Shown piece after piece: positions 9,154 through 18,244 of a stretch of DNA of 64,000 nt (its first letter is position 1; each line of letters opens with the position of its first letter). The DNA is taken from positions 6,147-70,146 of IMG/VR virus record IMGVR_UViG_3300009176_000002. One strand, given 5' to 3'. The position numbers were made by a program, and so were the translations under genes. Source of the stretch: a virus. The notes under the pieces were generated by a model. It made no database searches, was not told where the DNA came from, and saw only the letters and a list, made by a program, of their open reading frames with translations.

Positions 9154-9901
9154 CGCTGCCCTCCGCGGGGGAGACGTCGATCGTGGGGGGCTGGGGCGCC
9201 GAGGCGCGGCGTCGCCCGGGCGAGAACAGCAGGTCGCCCACCACCTGCTGGAGCTGTTCGAGGCTGCCGCTCTGCAGCGTGGTGGCAGCGGCACCGGTCC
9301 CAGCCGCGATCGCGTTCTGCTGCACCATCACCCCGGCGCGATGCTCGATCAGCCGGCCGAGTTCGAGCGCCAGCTTCTGCCGCGGGAGTTCGGGCTCGGT
9401 CTCGACCTTGCCGGTGCCGGCGCACTGGGGGCAAGGCGCGGTGTCGGGGACCGCCTGGCCGTTGCAGCGCGGGCAGATCGCGGTGCCCGGCAGCGCCCGC
9501 GCCATGACGTCCTCGACGATCGGCACCAGCTTCTCGGTGATCTTGTGCGCGGCCTCGATGTGGGCCTGGGCGAAGAGCGCGCGCTTGTAGGTGGCGAAGA
9601 GTTCCGCGACGGTGATGCCGGCGTAGGCGCAGATGCGGCGCAGGCTCCAGCTGCTATAGGTGTCGTCGAGCAGGCAGTTGACGACCTTGTCGCTGCTGCT
9701 GTCGGTGTCGCAGATGGCCAGCACGGCCAGGAGCTTCTCCCGCCCGCCGACCGCTTTCACAAAGGTCTCGATGGCGTCGCCGTTGAGCGTCAGCTCCGCG
9801 GTGGTGAGGATGGTCGGGGCGCGTGGCCCGGCCGGGAGGCGCACCGCAGGCGCCGGCTTGGCGGGGCGATCGTCGGGGTTGGGCAACATGCGGATCGCCA
9901 T
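9134..9901 (-). CDS. Candidate terminase small subunit with DnaJ-type zinc finger
   Basis: Upstream of terL; HTH-like WSLRRICAYAGITVAEL; CPRCNG...CPQCAGTG. Confidence 0.45.
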   Translation of the reverse strand: MAIRMLPNPDDRPAKPAPAVRLPAGPRAPTILTTAELTLNGDAIETFVKAVGGREKLLAVLAICDTDSSSDKVVNCLLDDTYSSWSLRRICAYAGITVAELFATYKRALFAQAHIEAAHKITEKLVPIVEDVMARALPGTAICPRCNGQAVPDTAPCPQCAGTGKVETEPELPRQKLALELGRLIEHRAGVMVQQNAIAAGTGAAATTLQSGSLEQLQQVVGDLLFSPGRRRASAPQPPTIDVSPAEGSDAAPGD

Positions 9902-10107
9902 CAGTCCAGCCGCCGAATCACGCGATAGCCGAGGACCTCGCCGGCGATCAGCCCGGGCATCGTCGCGGCGACCGCGCGCCGGGGCACCTCGATGGGCGGC
10001 TGCGGCCGCAGGAAGCGCGCGACTTCCTGGCGATCGAGCGCAGGCACAGCCGGTGGATTGACACTGCCGCCCACGCGCGAGTCGCGCCGCACCCGTCGCG
10101 CGCTCAT
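9901..10107 (-). CDS. Hypothetical protein
   Basis: Start/stop coupled on both sides. Confidence 0.55.
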   Translation of the reverse strand: MSARRVRRDSRVGGSVNPPAVPALDRQEVARFLRPQPPIEVPRRAVAATMPGLIAGEVLGYRVIRRLD

Positions 10108-10472
10108 CGCCGCGCCTCCGCCAACCGCGCCAGTTCGCCTTCACGCGCGGCGAGGCGCTCGCCCAGGTCGCGGGTGCGCTCATCCCCGAGGTAGATCAGG
10201 ATCTCGTCCTCGTCGGGGGTGTGGCCGGTCGCCGCCTGGCTGCGCGCGATGAAGGACTCGGCCAGCTCCACGTCGTCGACGTCGATGTGCGAGACGCCGG
10301 TGTCCGCGCGGATGGTGGCGCGGTCGCTGTCGGTCACCGCTGCGAGGATCGGCGCGAAGTGGTCGGCGAGGCGGGTGTGGGCGGTCGCGAGCGCCTCCAC
10401 CGCGTCGGCGAGGCGGGTGTGCTCGCGCAGAAGCCGCCGGAGGAGCCACGCCGCTGCGAATCGCTTGAACAT
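10104..10472 (-). CDS. Hypothetical protein, first gene of the leftward operon
   Basis: MFKRFAAAWLL...; coupled to the downstream gene. Confidence 0.6.
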   Translation of the reverse strand: MFKRFAAAWLLRRLLREHTRLADAVEALATAHTRLADHFAPILAAVTDSDRATIRADTGVSHIDVDDVELAESFIARSQAATGHTPDEDEILIYLGDERTRDLGERLAAREGELARLAEARR

Positions 10473-10840
10473 CAGGGCTGGTAGACACGAGAGCACTGTT
10501 CGGCGGGGCTGTCTAGCCCCCCTTGCCTGCCCCGCGCGCGTGCGAGCCCCCCTGCTTATGCCGGGAAACCGGGGCCGCCGGACACTCGATCGAGGGCTGC
10601 ACAGGGCATTTCTGTAGAAAGATTCCACAAAAATTATTGCTGATGTCGGGTGCGGGCTCTGGCCCCACCCCCCCGGGCAGCCTCGCGGACAATGGATGGG
10701 CTTTGCTGTTGAGCTAGTAGCTGGTCAGTAGCCTGACATCTCACTTGCGCGCGCGCTGCTAGCTCACTTACTTTCGCCTAGCTGCGGCGCCGGCCGGCCG
10801 GCTAGCTTCGCATCAGCTGGAAATGCCAGCAATACGCCCA

Positions 10841-10868
10841 GCGTCCGAGAATGTATATTATGTTAACC
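10841..10868 (+). other. dif: XerC/XerD dif-like recombination site
   Basis: GCGTCCGAGAA-TGTATA-TTATGTTAACC versus E. coli dif GGTGCGCATAA-TGTATA-TTATGTTAAAT: spacer identical, XerD arm 9/11. Confidence 0.8.
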
Positions 10869-10951
10869 TGTAAGTTGTTGCATACAAACGAGATGCCGGC
10901 CGGCGAATAGTCGACAGGGTACAGTGCGCGAGTCTACCAAGGCGCCGGACC

Positions 10952-10969
10952 TATCACCATTAGTCATCA
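10952..10969. promoter_or_regulatory. Operator-like site TATCAC-CATTA-GTCATCA
   Basis: Matches the sites at 23644, 23684 and 15348 (reverse complement). Confidence 0.65.
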
Positions 10970-11010
10970 TCGGCGCCGACTAGCTTTCGCTTTCCTGACA
11001 GAATGCATGT

Positions 11011-11039
11011 TTGACAGTTGGCAGACCGATTGCTAGGCT
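11011..11039 (+). promoter_or_regulatory. Sigma70-type early promoter
   Basis: TTGACA-N17-TAGGCT with TG extension, about 50 nt upstream of the DUF932 start. Confidence 0.75.
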
Positions 11040-11088
11040 ACTTGTGGCAGTCGGCATACAGCCGGCGCCTAGTGAGGTAGCAGCAAAC

Positions 11089-12186
11089 ATGAACATCTCA
11101 GCAGCACAAACCGAGTACTACCGCCGGCCGGCAGATGAGCGATACGCGTCGCCTGAATCGCTCGTGCAGTTCTCGCAAGCGCGCAAGGCAGCCTGTCGCG
11201 AAGTGAGCTATAACGCGAAAGACCTGCGGATTCTCCCGATCGCTGATAACGGGACGATCGGACGCGTCCAGCTGGCCAGTCCTAAAGGGGTCGCGGAGTT
11301 GACGCCGTGGAGCCATGGCCAGCTTTGCCGCATGGTCGGAGCGCCGGCCGCGTATATCCGATCGCTTCCCGCCACGGTAGCAGCTGACGCGTTGAACTAC
11401 GGCCTACGGACCACAGCGGCCGGCAGTACCGCCGTGATTCTCGGCCAGCTGGGCGACGCGGGCGTCACAGCGCGCGCGATTACCTCCGAGAGTTACGGCC
11501 GGCTGTACGATGCCGATCTGCTGGCGCCGATCGTCAACACGTTAGGGCAGCATGGGTGGACCACACCGCCCACATGGGACGGTACGCCAGGTGGCGCGTA
11601 CGCGTCCGATCGTGACTCATTCTTGTTGCTCTGCAAGGGTGGCTCAATCGTCAACGATCCTAGCGTCCGATCGGGTAATGGCCAGATGTACCGCGCGCTG
11701 ATGGTACGGAACAGTGAAGTGGGCGCCGCGGCCGCCGTGATTCAGCGCGTACTTTACCAGTTTGTCTGTGGCAATCACATGTTATGGGGGGCGATTATCG
11801 ACAAGACCTATCGCCGTCGGCATGTGGGCTCTAAGGTCCTGCGGGACGTGTTGCGCGAAGTAGGCACGATCGCTCGCACGTGGATCGATCGCCCGGCTAG
11901 CGCGGATGAAACCATCATCCGGCATTTACTCGACACGGAAGTAGCGCATACGCGGGAAGCCTGTATTGATGAACTCATGGCCATGGGCGCCACGCGCGTA
12001 CAGGCGACGGAAGCGTACGCCACGTGTGAACAGAGCTTTGACGCTAGCCCGCGATCGTTCTGGGGTCTCTCGCAAGGGTTGACGCGATCGTCGCAAACGG
12101 CCGGCTATCAGGATCAGCGACTGGAAATGGATCAGCTTGCCGCGGCTTTGCTGCGCAAGGGTACGCGCTCGCTCGTGGCAGCCTAG
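11089..12186 (+). CDS. DUF932-family protein (first early gene)
   Basis: RRPADERY, GQLCRMVGAPAAY, RAITSESYGRLYD, YASDRD, NSEVG, VCGNH motifs; GAGG RBS. Confidence 0.8.
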   Translation: MNISAAQTEYYRRPADERYASPESLVQFSQARKAACREVSYNAKDLRILPIADNGTIGRVQLASPKGVAELTPWSHGQLCRMVGAPAAYIRSLPATVAADALNYGLRTTAAGSTAVILGQLGDAGVTARAITSESYGRLYDADLLAPIVNTLGQHGWTTPPTWDGTPGGAYASDRDSFLLLCKGGSIVNDPSVRSGNGQMYRALMVRNSEVGAAAAVIQRVLYQFVCGNHMLWGAIIDKTYRRRHVGSKVLRDVLREVGTIARTWIDRPASADETIIRHLLDTEVAHTREACIDELMAMGATRVQATEAYATCEQSFDASPRSFWGLSQGLTRSSQTAGYQDQRLEMDQLAAALLRKGTRSLVAA

Positions 12187-12274
12187 ATCGTCGTTTGAGC
12201 TTAGGGTACGGGCTAGCTGCTGGCCAGTCCGTACCACTAGCCGAAACTACGGACTAGAGGAGACAGAGCCGATC

Positions 12275-12877
12275 ATGATGACCACACCGACTACACCGCC
12301 CATTCAGCCCGCTGAATCCTGCGGGCGGCACTTCCCGATCGCGTGCCCTACAGGCTGCCCGATCAAGGGCGATCGCTTCTCGCGGCGCCAGCTGGATGCA
12401 CAAGCCGCGGCGTATCCGCGCTTGCCAGAGCTGGCACCACGTGGCAGCGACGAAACCGCGGAAGACTACGGCCTTAGAGCGTTCGCGTTCGTGACTGCGC
12501 ACAACGTGACAGCCACCGTTCCGACGGACGCGTTAGAGCTGGCAGCGCACACCTACAGGATCGTGATTGTGAATCGCGACCTACTGCCAGCGACGATCGA
12601 TCGCCTGGCAGCTGTCGACACGGCGATCGCGCAAGCGCTTCGCTGGCGCGCTGCTGAGGACAGGACAGCCGGCGCCGTGACGCCGATCGTCGTGGCTGCT
12701 GGCGCCGGACGGGATAAGCCTAACGCTGGCCCCATGGCCCCACTCAGCCCGGCGCCGATCGTCCCTCCGCCCATGCCGTCGGCTGTCGTGCCGTCGGACT
12801 GGACAGCGCCGATCGTGGCTGTGCAGTACAAGCCCGTTCCGACCGTTTGCGACAACAAGCTAGCGTTTAACTTCTAG
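12275..12877 (+). CDS. Hypothetical early protein
   Basis: GAGGAG RBS; ORF bounded by hairpin-rich spacers. Confidence 0.6.
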   Translation: MMTTPTTPPIQPAESCGRHFPIACPTGCPIKGDRFSRRQLDAQAAAYPRLPELAPRGSDETAEDYGLRAFAFVTAHNVTATVPTDALELAAHTYRIVIVNRDLLPATIDRLAAVDTAIAQALRWRAAEDRTAGAVTPIVVAAGAGRDKPNAGPMAPLSPAPIVPPPMPSAVVPSDWTAPIVAVQYKPVPTVCDNKLAFNF

Positions 12878-12879
12878 CC

Positions 12880-12950
12880 CGCTGGCGCGCTGCAGCTTGC
12901 AGCCGGGAGAGTGACTCTCCCGGCTGCAATCTAGAGCGATTCAGCTCTAA
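12880..12950 (+). ncRNA. Structured intergenic element, copy A
   Basis: GCTGGCGCGCTGC, then a 15-bp perfect hairpin (TTGCAGCCGGGAGAG/CTCTCCCGGCTGCAA), then GAGCGATTCAGCTCTAA. Confidence 0.5.
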
Positions 12951-12968
12951 CTGAGAGGTAGCCACGAT

Positions 12969-13664
12969 ATGAGCAAGAGCAAGACGACCAAGAATCCAGT
13001 ACGCCTGGGACTGTACGTCACCGAGAAGAGAGACGGCGATTACTACCATGTACGCGCCACGGTAGTCACGATCGGGTTGAATCGCTGGGAGATGCGATCG
13101 ATCGATGAGGGGCGGAGCGACTATGCGCGTACGGTTAGCCCGTCGAAGATCCGAAATGCCGGGGATGAGCTGTACGACGGGCTTTGGCTTGACGGGCTGC
13201 AGGTGAACTCGCAGGGGAATAACCGCGATGAGCCACGCAACCTATACGGATTCGACGTGACCTATCGTGACGTCTTCAGTATCGATCGGCGCCGGGCGGA
13301 ACATATGGCGAAGACGCTAGCCACTGTGGAAAAGCGCATGGATCGGGTGTACGCGCAGTTTGGCAGCGCTGCCACGATCGGCGCGTACGTGGCGCGCGTG
13401 GCCCATGCGATCGGGGCGGATGCGATCGTTGTCCTGCGGGGTAAGTCTCTGGGATGGAGTTACGACGAAAGCGACAATCGCATCATGACGATCGCCGACG
13501 GGATTTACCACGTCGACGGGTTGGCGCGCGCGTGGGTACAGGAGAGAGAGCTAGCCGCGGCAGAGCGAGAACAGCAGCGCGCGCGCGAGCAAGCGGCGCG
13601 CGAGCAAGCGACTAGCGCGCAAGACGCCAGCGCGCAAGTCGACGTCGACGCAGAAGCGAGCTAG
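12969..13664 (+). CDS. Hypothetical early protein
   Basis: GAGG RBS; 231 aa. Confidence 0.7.
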   Translation: MSKSKTTKNPVRLGLYVTEKRDGDYYHVRATVVTIGLNRWEMRSIDEGRSDYARTVSPSKIRNAGDELYDGLWLDGLQVNSQGNNRDEPRNLYGFDVTYRDVFSIDRRRAEHMAKTLATVEKRMDRVYAQFGSAATIGAYVARVAHAIGADAIVVLRGKSLGWSYDESDNRIMTIADGIYHVDGLARAWVQERELAAAEREQQRAREQAAREQATSAQDASAQVDVDAEAS

Positions 13665-13670
13665 GCGCCA

Positions 13671-13748
13671 GCTGGCGCGCTGCGGGTTAGCCTGGAGCGT
13701 CCGACGATCGGGGCGGTGCCAGGCTAACGCGGAGCGATTCAGCTCTAA
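13671..13748 (+). ncRNA. Structured intergenic element, copy B
   Basis: GCTGGCGCGCTGC, then a hairpin (GTTAGCCTGG/CCAGGCTAAC), then GAGCGATTCAGCTCTAA. Confidence 0.5.
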
Positions 13749-13763
13749 GGGAGGGTTAGTAGG

Positions 13764-14000
13764 ATGTTTGAGGACACGCGACGATTCGGGAAACTGCCAA
13801 CTAGGCGAGCGCTGGCCATGCGGGCGAAGGTCATCGACAAGCAGATTGAAGCGGCGTACTACCGCCTGGCGGCCGGCAAGCAGATCAACGTGATGGATAT
13901 CGGCAAGGTCTATGCGGCCGGCCGGCGCGCTGCGGAAACTGGTACGGATGTCGAGGCCGCGGTAGCGGGCCAGATCGCGGAGCTGTGCACCAATGGCTAA
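13764..14000 (+). CDS. Hypothetical early protein
   Basis: GGAGG RBS. Confidence 0.65.
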   Translation: MFEDTRRFGKLPTRRALAMRAKVIDKQIEAAYYRLAAGKQINVMDIGKVYAAGRRAAETGTDVEAAVAGQIAELCTNG

Positions 14001-14259
14001 GACCACCACAACGATCAAGTACTGGAAAGTGCGCGTGTACGTGGGGCCGGTGCACGTGGCGCACTACGCGGCAACCGCACGAGCGGCCGGGCTGACCGAG
14101 GTACTCGCCGGCACGGAGCACGTCTGGGCGGTAGCAGCCGGGCCAGACCTGCAAACCGAAACCGATCGGCTAGTCTTCCGGCAGCGCGTCGCGGACCTGG
14201 TGTACGGGGCCAGCATGGCGGCCGGCTGGCGCGATGTCGAGCTGTTCTCGGCACGGTAG
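13993..14259 (+). CDS. Hypothetical early protein
   Basis: Overlaps the previous stop. Confidence 0.6.
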   Translation: MAKTTTTIKYWKVRVYVGPVHVAHYAATARAAGLTEVLAGTEHVWAVAAGPDLQTETDRLVFRQRVADLVYGASMAAGWRDVELFSAR

Positions 14260-14380
14260 CAAGCGGCGCGCGCGTACGACTCGGCCGGCTGCTTGCGTAC
14301 CAGTGCGGCAGCCGGCCGGGAGCGATGACGGCAACGACAACGACAACGGCAATCACGCCAACGACAGGAGTAGCAGCATC

Positions 14381-14824
14381 ATGTACGAACAGCAGCGACA
14401 GCAGCAGCCACAGCCGGCACAGCCCGACGTCTACGCGGTGCCTGGGCGATCGTCCATCATCGACACGATCAATCCGTCGACGGGGCGGACGGCGATCTGC
14501 GGGCATACCGAGGCGGAGGTACGCGCGCGCGAGCCGCGAGCGGTGCGGATGACCTATGCCGACTGGCAAGCCGCGGCGGTGGCGCGCCAGCAGGGGCCGA
14601 TCGTCTGGGAAGCGACCACACGCGAGCAGTACCACGAGATGTTAGAGATTCTCCCGCCGGCCGTGTGGATCGGCGGCGCCTTCATGGTCGGCGAGCCCAT
14701 GGATCACTGCTTCGCGACGGGCCGGCCACGGTTCAGCGCGTACTGGCAGCGCAGCGGGGGCGAGTACGTGACGGCCAGTCGACCGTTGACGGTGGCGGAG
14801 TTCAAGAAGGAGATTGGCCGATGA
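14381..14824 (+). CDS. DUF1419-like hypothetical protein
   Basis: EQYHEMLEILPPAVWIGGAFMVGEP motif; AGGAG RBS. Confidence 0.55.
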   Translation: MYEQQRQQQPQPAQPDVYAVPGRSSIIDTINPSTGRTAICGHTEAEVRAREPRAVRMTYADWQAAAVARQQGPIVWEATTREQYHEMLEILPPAVWIGGAFMVGEPMDHCFATGRPRFSAYWQRSGGEYVTASRPLTVAEFKKEIGR

Positions 14825-15024
14825 GCCGCTACCAGATCCTCTGGGACAACGGCCACGCGAGCGGCACGCTGGCGGGCATCTACACCAACCGGCGCACGGC
14901 AGAGCGCGAGGCGCGCGCGTGGAAACGCGACATGGTGGCGATCGATGAGAATCCGCGCGAGGCGCGCGAGGCGTACTCGTGGGAAGTGATCGAGGCGGAT
15001 GACAAGGAAGGGGCGACGTCATGA
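14821..15024 (+). CDS. Hypothetical protein
   Basis: AAGGAG RBS, ATGA overlap. Confidence 0.6.
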   Translation: MSRYQILWDNGHASGTLAGIYTNRRTAEREARAWKRDMVAIDENPREAREAYSWEVIEADDKEGATS

Positions 15025-15335
15025 GCCCACGGATGACCGACACGATCGCGCGGGCAGCAGCGACCGACGCGGGCAACCGCGCCATGCGGGCGGGCGGGCG
15101 TACCGCCTGGAGCGTCGACGATTACGACGCGGCAGCGGCGGAGTACCAGCGGCTGGCGCAGCTGCGCGAGCGTGAGGAAGCAGACGACAAGGACGCGGTA
15201 CGGCAGACGGTCTGCCGCTACTGCGACCTGGAGATTGAAGGCTGCCCAAACCGCAAGCGGCCGGACTGGCGCGATCGGGGCAACAACACGCACTGCCCGA
15301 CGGGGCGGCGCAAGCATGCGGCGGTGGCGGAGTAG
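15021..15335 (+). CDS. Hypothetical protein with Cys/His cluster
   Basis: ATGA overlap; CRYC...HC...H. Confidence 0.6.
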   Translation: MSPRMTDTIARAAATDAGNRAMRAGGRTAWSVDDYDAAAAEYQRLAQLREREEADDKDAVRQTVCRYCDLEIEGCPNRKRPDWRDRGNNTHCPTGRRKHAAVAE

Positions 15336-15347
15336 ACAGCAGCGGTA

Positions 15348-15365
15348 TGATGACACAGTGTGATA
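15348..15365. promoter_or_regulatory. Operator-like site TGATGAC-ACAGT-GTGATA
   Basis: Reverse complement matches 23684-23701 at 17/18 positions; intergenic. Confidence 0.7.
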
Positions 15366-15401
15366 TAGGCGCATGACGCGCCGGAAGGAAGCGGTAGGCA
15401 T

Positions 15402-15707
15402 ATGCAGCGACAGCTGATCGACAACGGGCGGTGGTTCGACCTGGCGAAGGCGCGCAAGTTTGAGGAGGATACATTCTGGGACGGGCGGAACCATTGCAGC
15501 CGGGCGACGGGTTCGCCGTGGGTGCATGAAGCGCTCTACTGCACGCGGACGGGCGTGTACGTGGTCAATCGCTGGAGCGGCGAGCAGGGCAGCCGCGAGA
15601 CCTGGACGCAGGTGGATGCGGCGACGGCGGCGGACTGGTTGACGCGGAACGGGTATGAGGCGCCGGACGCCGAGACCGCGCGGGCGCAAGCGGAGGCGGA
15701 GGTATGA
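15402..15707 (+). CDS. Hypothetical protein
   Basis: HEALYCTRTGVYV motif seen in small phage proteins. Confidence 0.65.
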   Translation: MQRQLIDNGRWFDLAKARKFEEDTFWDGRNHCSRATGSPWVHEALYCTRTGVYVVNRWSGEQGSRETWTQVDAATAADWLTRNGYEAPDAETARAQAEAEV

Positions 15708-15946
15708 GCGCCGAGTACATGTTTGGTACGCGACGCGGCAAGACGCCGGCACGCGAAGCGCAACGACTCGATCGGATCTGCCGCGCTGAGGGCGGCTATG
15801 GGTTCACGCAGATCGACGAATCGCACGGCACCGCGCAACCGGATGGCCGCTGGATCGGGTGGTTCGCCGGCCCGAATCGGGGCGAGCCGTTCGACGGGCA
15901 GCTGGCGGCGCGCGTGCTGGCGCGGGTGAAGGGCGGGACGCCATGA
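15704..15946 (+). CDS. Hypothetical protein
   Basis: GGAGG RBS, ATGA overlap. Confidence 0.6.
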   Translation: MSAEYMFGTRRGKTPAREAQRLDRICRAEGGYGFTQIDESHGTAQPDGRWIGWFAGPNRGEPFDGQLAARVLARVKGGTP

Positions 15947-16167
15947 CCAACGCCCAACTGTATCTCGCGCTGGGCGTACCCGTGGTCCTCAACGCCGTGG
16001 CGCTGCTCGCCGTCTACGTGCTGCTGACGGGGCAGGTACGCGCGGGCTTCGACGCGGTGAACACGCGCTTTGACGACATGCGCGAGTTGTGGCGGGCCGA
16101 GTTGCGGCGCGTCGAGGAGGTGCTCGACGCCCGGTTGAAACACCTGGAAGAGACGAGGCGACCATGA
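15943..16167 (+). CDS. Small TM plus coiled-coil protein
   Basis: Hydrophobic N-half, then RFDDMRELWRAELRRVEEVLDARLKHLEE. Confidence 0.65.
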   Translation: MTNAQLYLALGVPVVLNAVALLAVYVLLTGQVRAGFDAVNTRFDDMRELWRAELRRVEEVLDARLKHLEETRRP

Positions 16168-17456
16168 GCGAGGGCGAGGTCATCGGGTTGGTGCTGCTCT
16201 ATCTCGGGGCGTGGTGGCTGAACGCGCTGTGCGAGGACGACCGCAAGGGCGGGCGGCGCTGATGGCGACGACGCTGGACGACGTCGAGCGGCGCGTGCGT
16301 ACTCTCCTATGGCTTACGGGCCTCCTGCTCGCGCTGACGGGCCTGCTATTCGTCGGCGTGTTCACGGTCTGGGAGCGTGTGCCATGAGCAAGCGAGCGCG
16401 AGCGCGGGTACGGGTGGAGCGCCTGATCGGGCGAGCCGACGGGGCGCGCCTCACCATCGATCACTTGCAGTTTGACCTGAGCGACGACGACTGCGTACGG
16501 CTGGCGGCGCAGCTGTTGCCGCTGCTGAATCGGGCGGCGCGCGGGGCGCAGGCCACGATCCGGCGCGTCGTCGACGAGCAGGCGCGCCGGGAGGGCGAGC
16601 CATGAGCGCGCTGGCCGCGTTCGCGGGGGCGTTCGGCCTGGGCGCGGCGGTCGTCGCGCTCACCACGGCCTACCTGGTGTCGCGGGTCTTCGCGACGGGC
16701 TTCACGGTGCTCGACGCCCGGCTCGGAGAGATCGCGGCGGCGATTCGCGAGCGCGGGCCTGACCTGCACGTGCAGCTGCGCGACGTCCCGCCCAACGCGG
16801 CGGCGCACGCGCTGGCCGCGCGCCTGCGACTGGAGGCGGATCGGATGGGCGACGTCGAGCATCCGCAGGGCTGGGCGGCGGGTGACGACCAGACGGTGGC
16901 GCTGCTGCGCGAGGCGGCGGAGTGGCTGGAGGGGCGACCATGAGCAGCACACCTGAAGAGCCGCCGACACCAGCCCCTGAGATCCCGCCCGACCTCCGCG
17001 AGGCGCTGATCGAGATGTGGACGCAGATTCTCTGCGCGGAGCACGCCGAGCCAGCGCCCGAGGAGCCGAAGCCATGACCGATCACCCGCTGCCGCCGCCG
17101 TCGTCGCTGCTGGGGCCACGCGACCCCGAAGCCCCGATCACCCTGGTCATGCGCCCCGAGCTGGCGCGCGCGCTGGCTGACCTGGTGGAGCGTGCGCTGC
17201 TGGAGCTGGAGCGGCCGCCGCAGGGGCTGGAGGCGCAGGCGGCGTGCTTCGTCATCATGCACGTACGCACAGGGGAGCCGAGGCCGTGAAGCGCGGGCGC
17301 ATCCCCCGGCGCGTCAAGCGCAGCTGGCTGTACTACGTCGGCTCACCGCGCACGATGCGGCGGTGGAAGCTGGTGCGCCGCTACTACCTGCGGTTGTCCG
17401 AGGCGGTCAAGCGGCACGACGCGATTGCGGCGGCGGCACAGCGGGAGCGGGACTGA
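16164..17456 (+). other. Run of seven coupled small ORFs (16164-16262, 16262-16387, 16384-16605, 16602-16943, 16940-17077, 17074-17289, 17286-17456), three with TM segments
   Basis: Uninterrupted ATGA/TGATG/GTGA start-stop overlaps, checked by hand. Confidence 0.6.
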
Positions 17457-17833
17457 TGGACCTGCCCGAGGGCACGCTGCGGCTGTTCTGGCGCCTGGGC
17501 GGCGAGGACGGGCACACGCCGATCCACGAGCCTGACGTGCTGGTCTGGGCCGGGTGGCTGGAGATGACCGCCGAGCTGCCGAGCGAGCGCAGCGTCGGCT
17601 ACGAGCAGGTCGGCGACCGCGTGGTGTCGACGGCGTTCCTGGGCATGGCGATGGGCATCAGCGGCATGTGGGGCACGCCGCCGCTGCTGTTCGAGACGGC
17701 GATCTTCACCCTGGCGGGCGAGGGGCTGGCGGCGGTCGATCTGGCGGGGCGCTACTCCACCTGGGACGAGGCGGCGGCGGGGCACGCGGTGGTGGTGGCG
17801 CGGCTACAGGCTGGGGGCGATGAGGACGCGTGA
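17456..17833 (+). CDS. Conserved phage hypothetical protein
   Basis: VSTAFLG...PLLFETAIF...RYSTWDEAAAGH motif. Confidence 0.7.
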   Translation: MDLPEGTLRLFWRLGGEDGHTPIHEPDVLVWAGWLEMTAELPSERSVGYEQVGDRVVSTAFLGMAMGISGMWGTPPLLFETAIFTLAGEGLAAVDLAGRYSTWDEAAAGHAVVVARLQAGGDEDA

Positions 17834-17911
17834 GCCGCTGCCCCCGGTCGTGATCCTGTGCCTGTGGCTGTTGGCGGGGCTGCTGCTGTGGCGGCTGTTC
17901 GGGGCGCTGTG

Positions 17912-18232
17912 ATGAAGACCTTCTGGCTCTCCTTCGTCAACCCGCGCAAGCCGGCGGGCCACCGGTTCCTCGGCGTCGCGGTGGTCGAGGTCACCGAGGC
18001 GGAGGCGCACGCCGCCCGCCGCCTGGTGCGGCGCCAGTTCCGGCACGCCGCGGCGAGCGCGTTCTGGATCGCGGCAGCGAGCCGCAAGGCGCGGCAGCTG
18101 GGCTGCAATCCCGGCGGCGAGGTCAGCTGCGTCGAGCTGGACGTGACGACCTTCCCCCCGCCGGAGGACGTGCCCCGCGGCCAGCTGCTGTCGCACGCTA
18201 GGCTGATGGAGCTGGGCCTGCTGCCCAGCTGA
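17912..18232 (+). CDS. Hypothetical protein
   Basis: FWLSF...FLGV...GCNPGGEV; preceded by a 30-aa TM peptide ORF at 17820-17912. Confidence 0.65.
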   Translation: MKTFWLSFVNPRKPAGHRFLGVAVVEVTEAEAHAARRLVRRQFRHAAASAFWIAAASRKARQLGCNPGGEVSCVELDVTTFPPPEDVPRGQLLSHARLMELGLLPS

Positions 18233-18244
18233 GGAGGACGACCT

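Noticed and set aside
12187-12260. Hammerhead ribozyme (GAAAC present)
   Set aside because: No CUGANGA core at a suitable position
12880-13748. CRISPR array or rho-independent terminators
   Set aside because: Repeats are separated by whole genes, no cas operon is present, and the hairpins lack U-tracts
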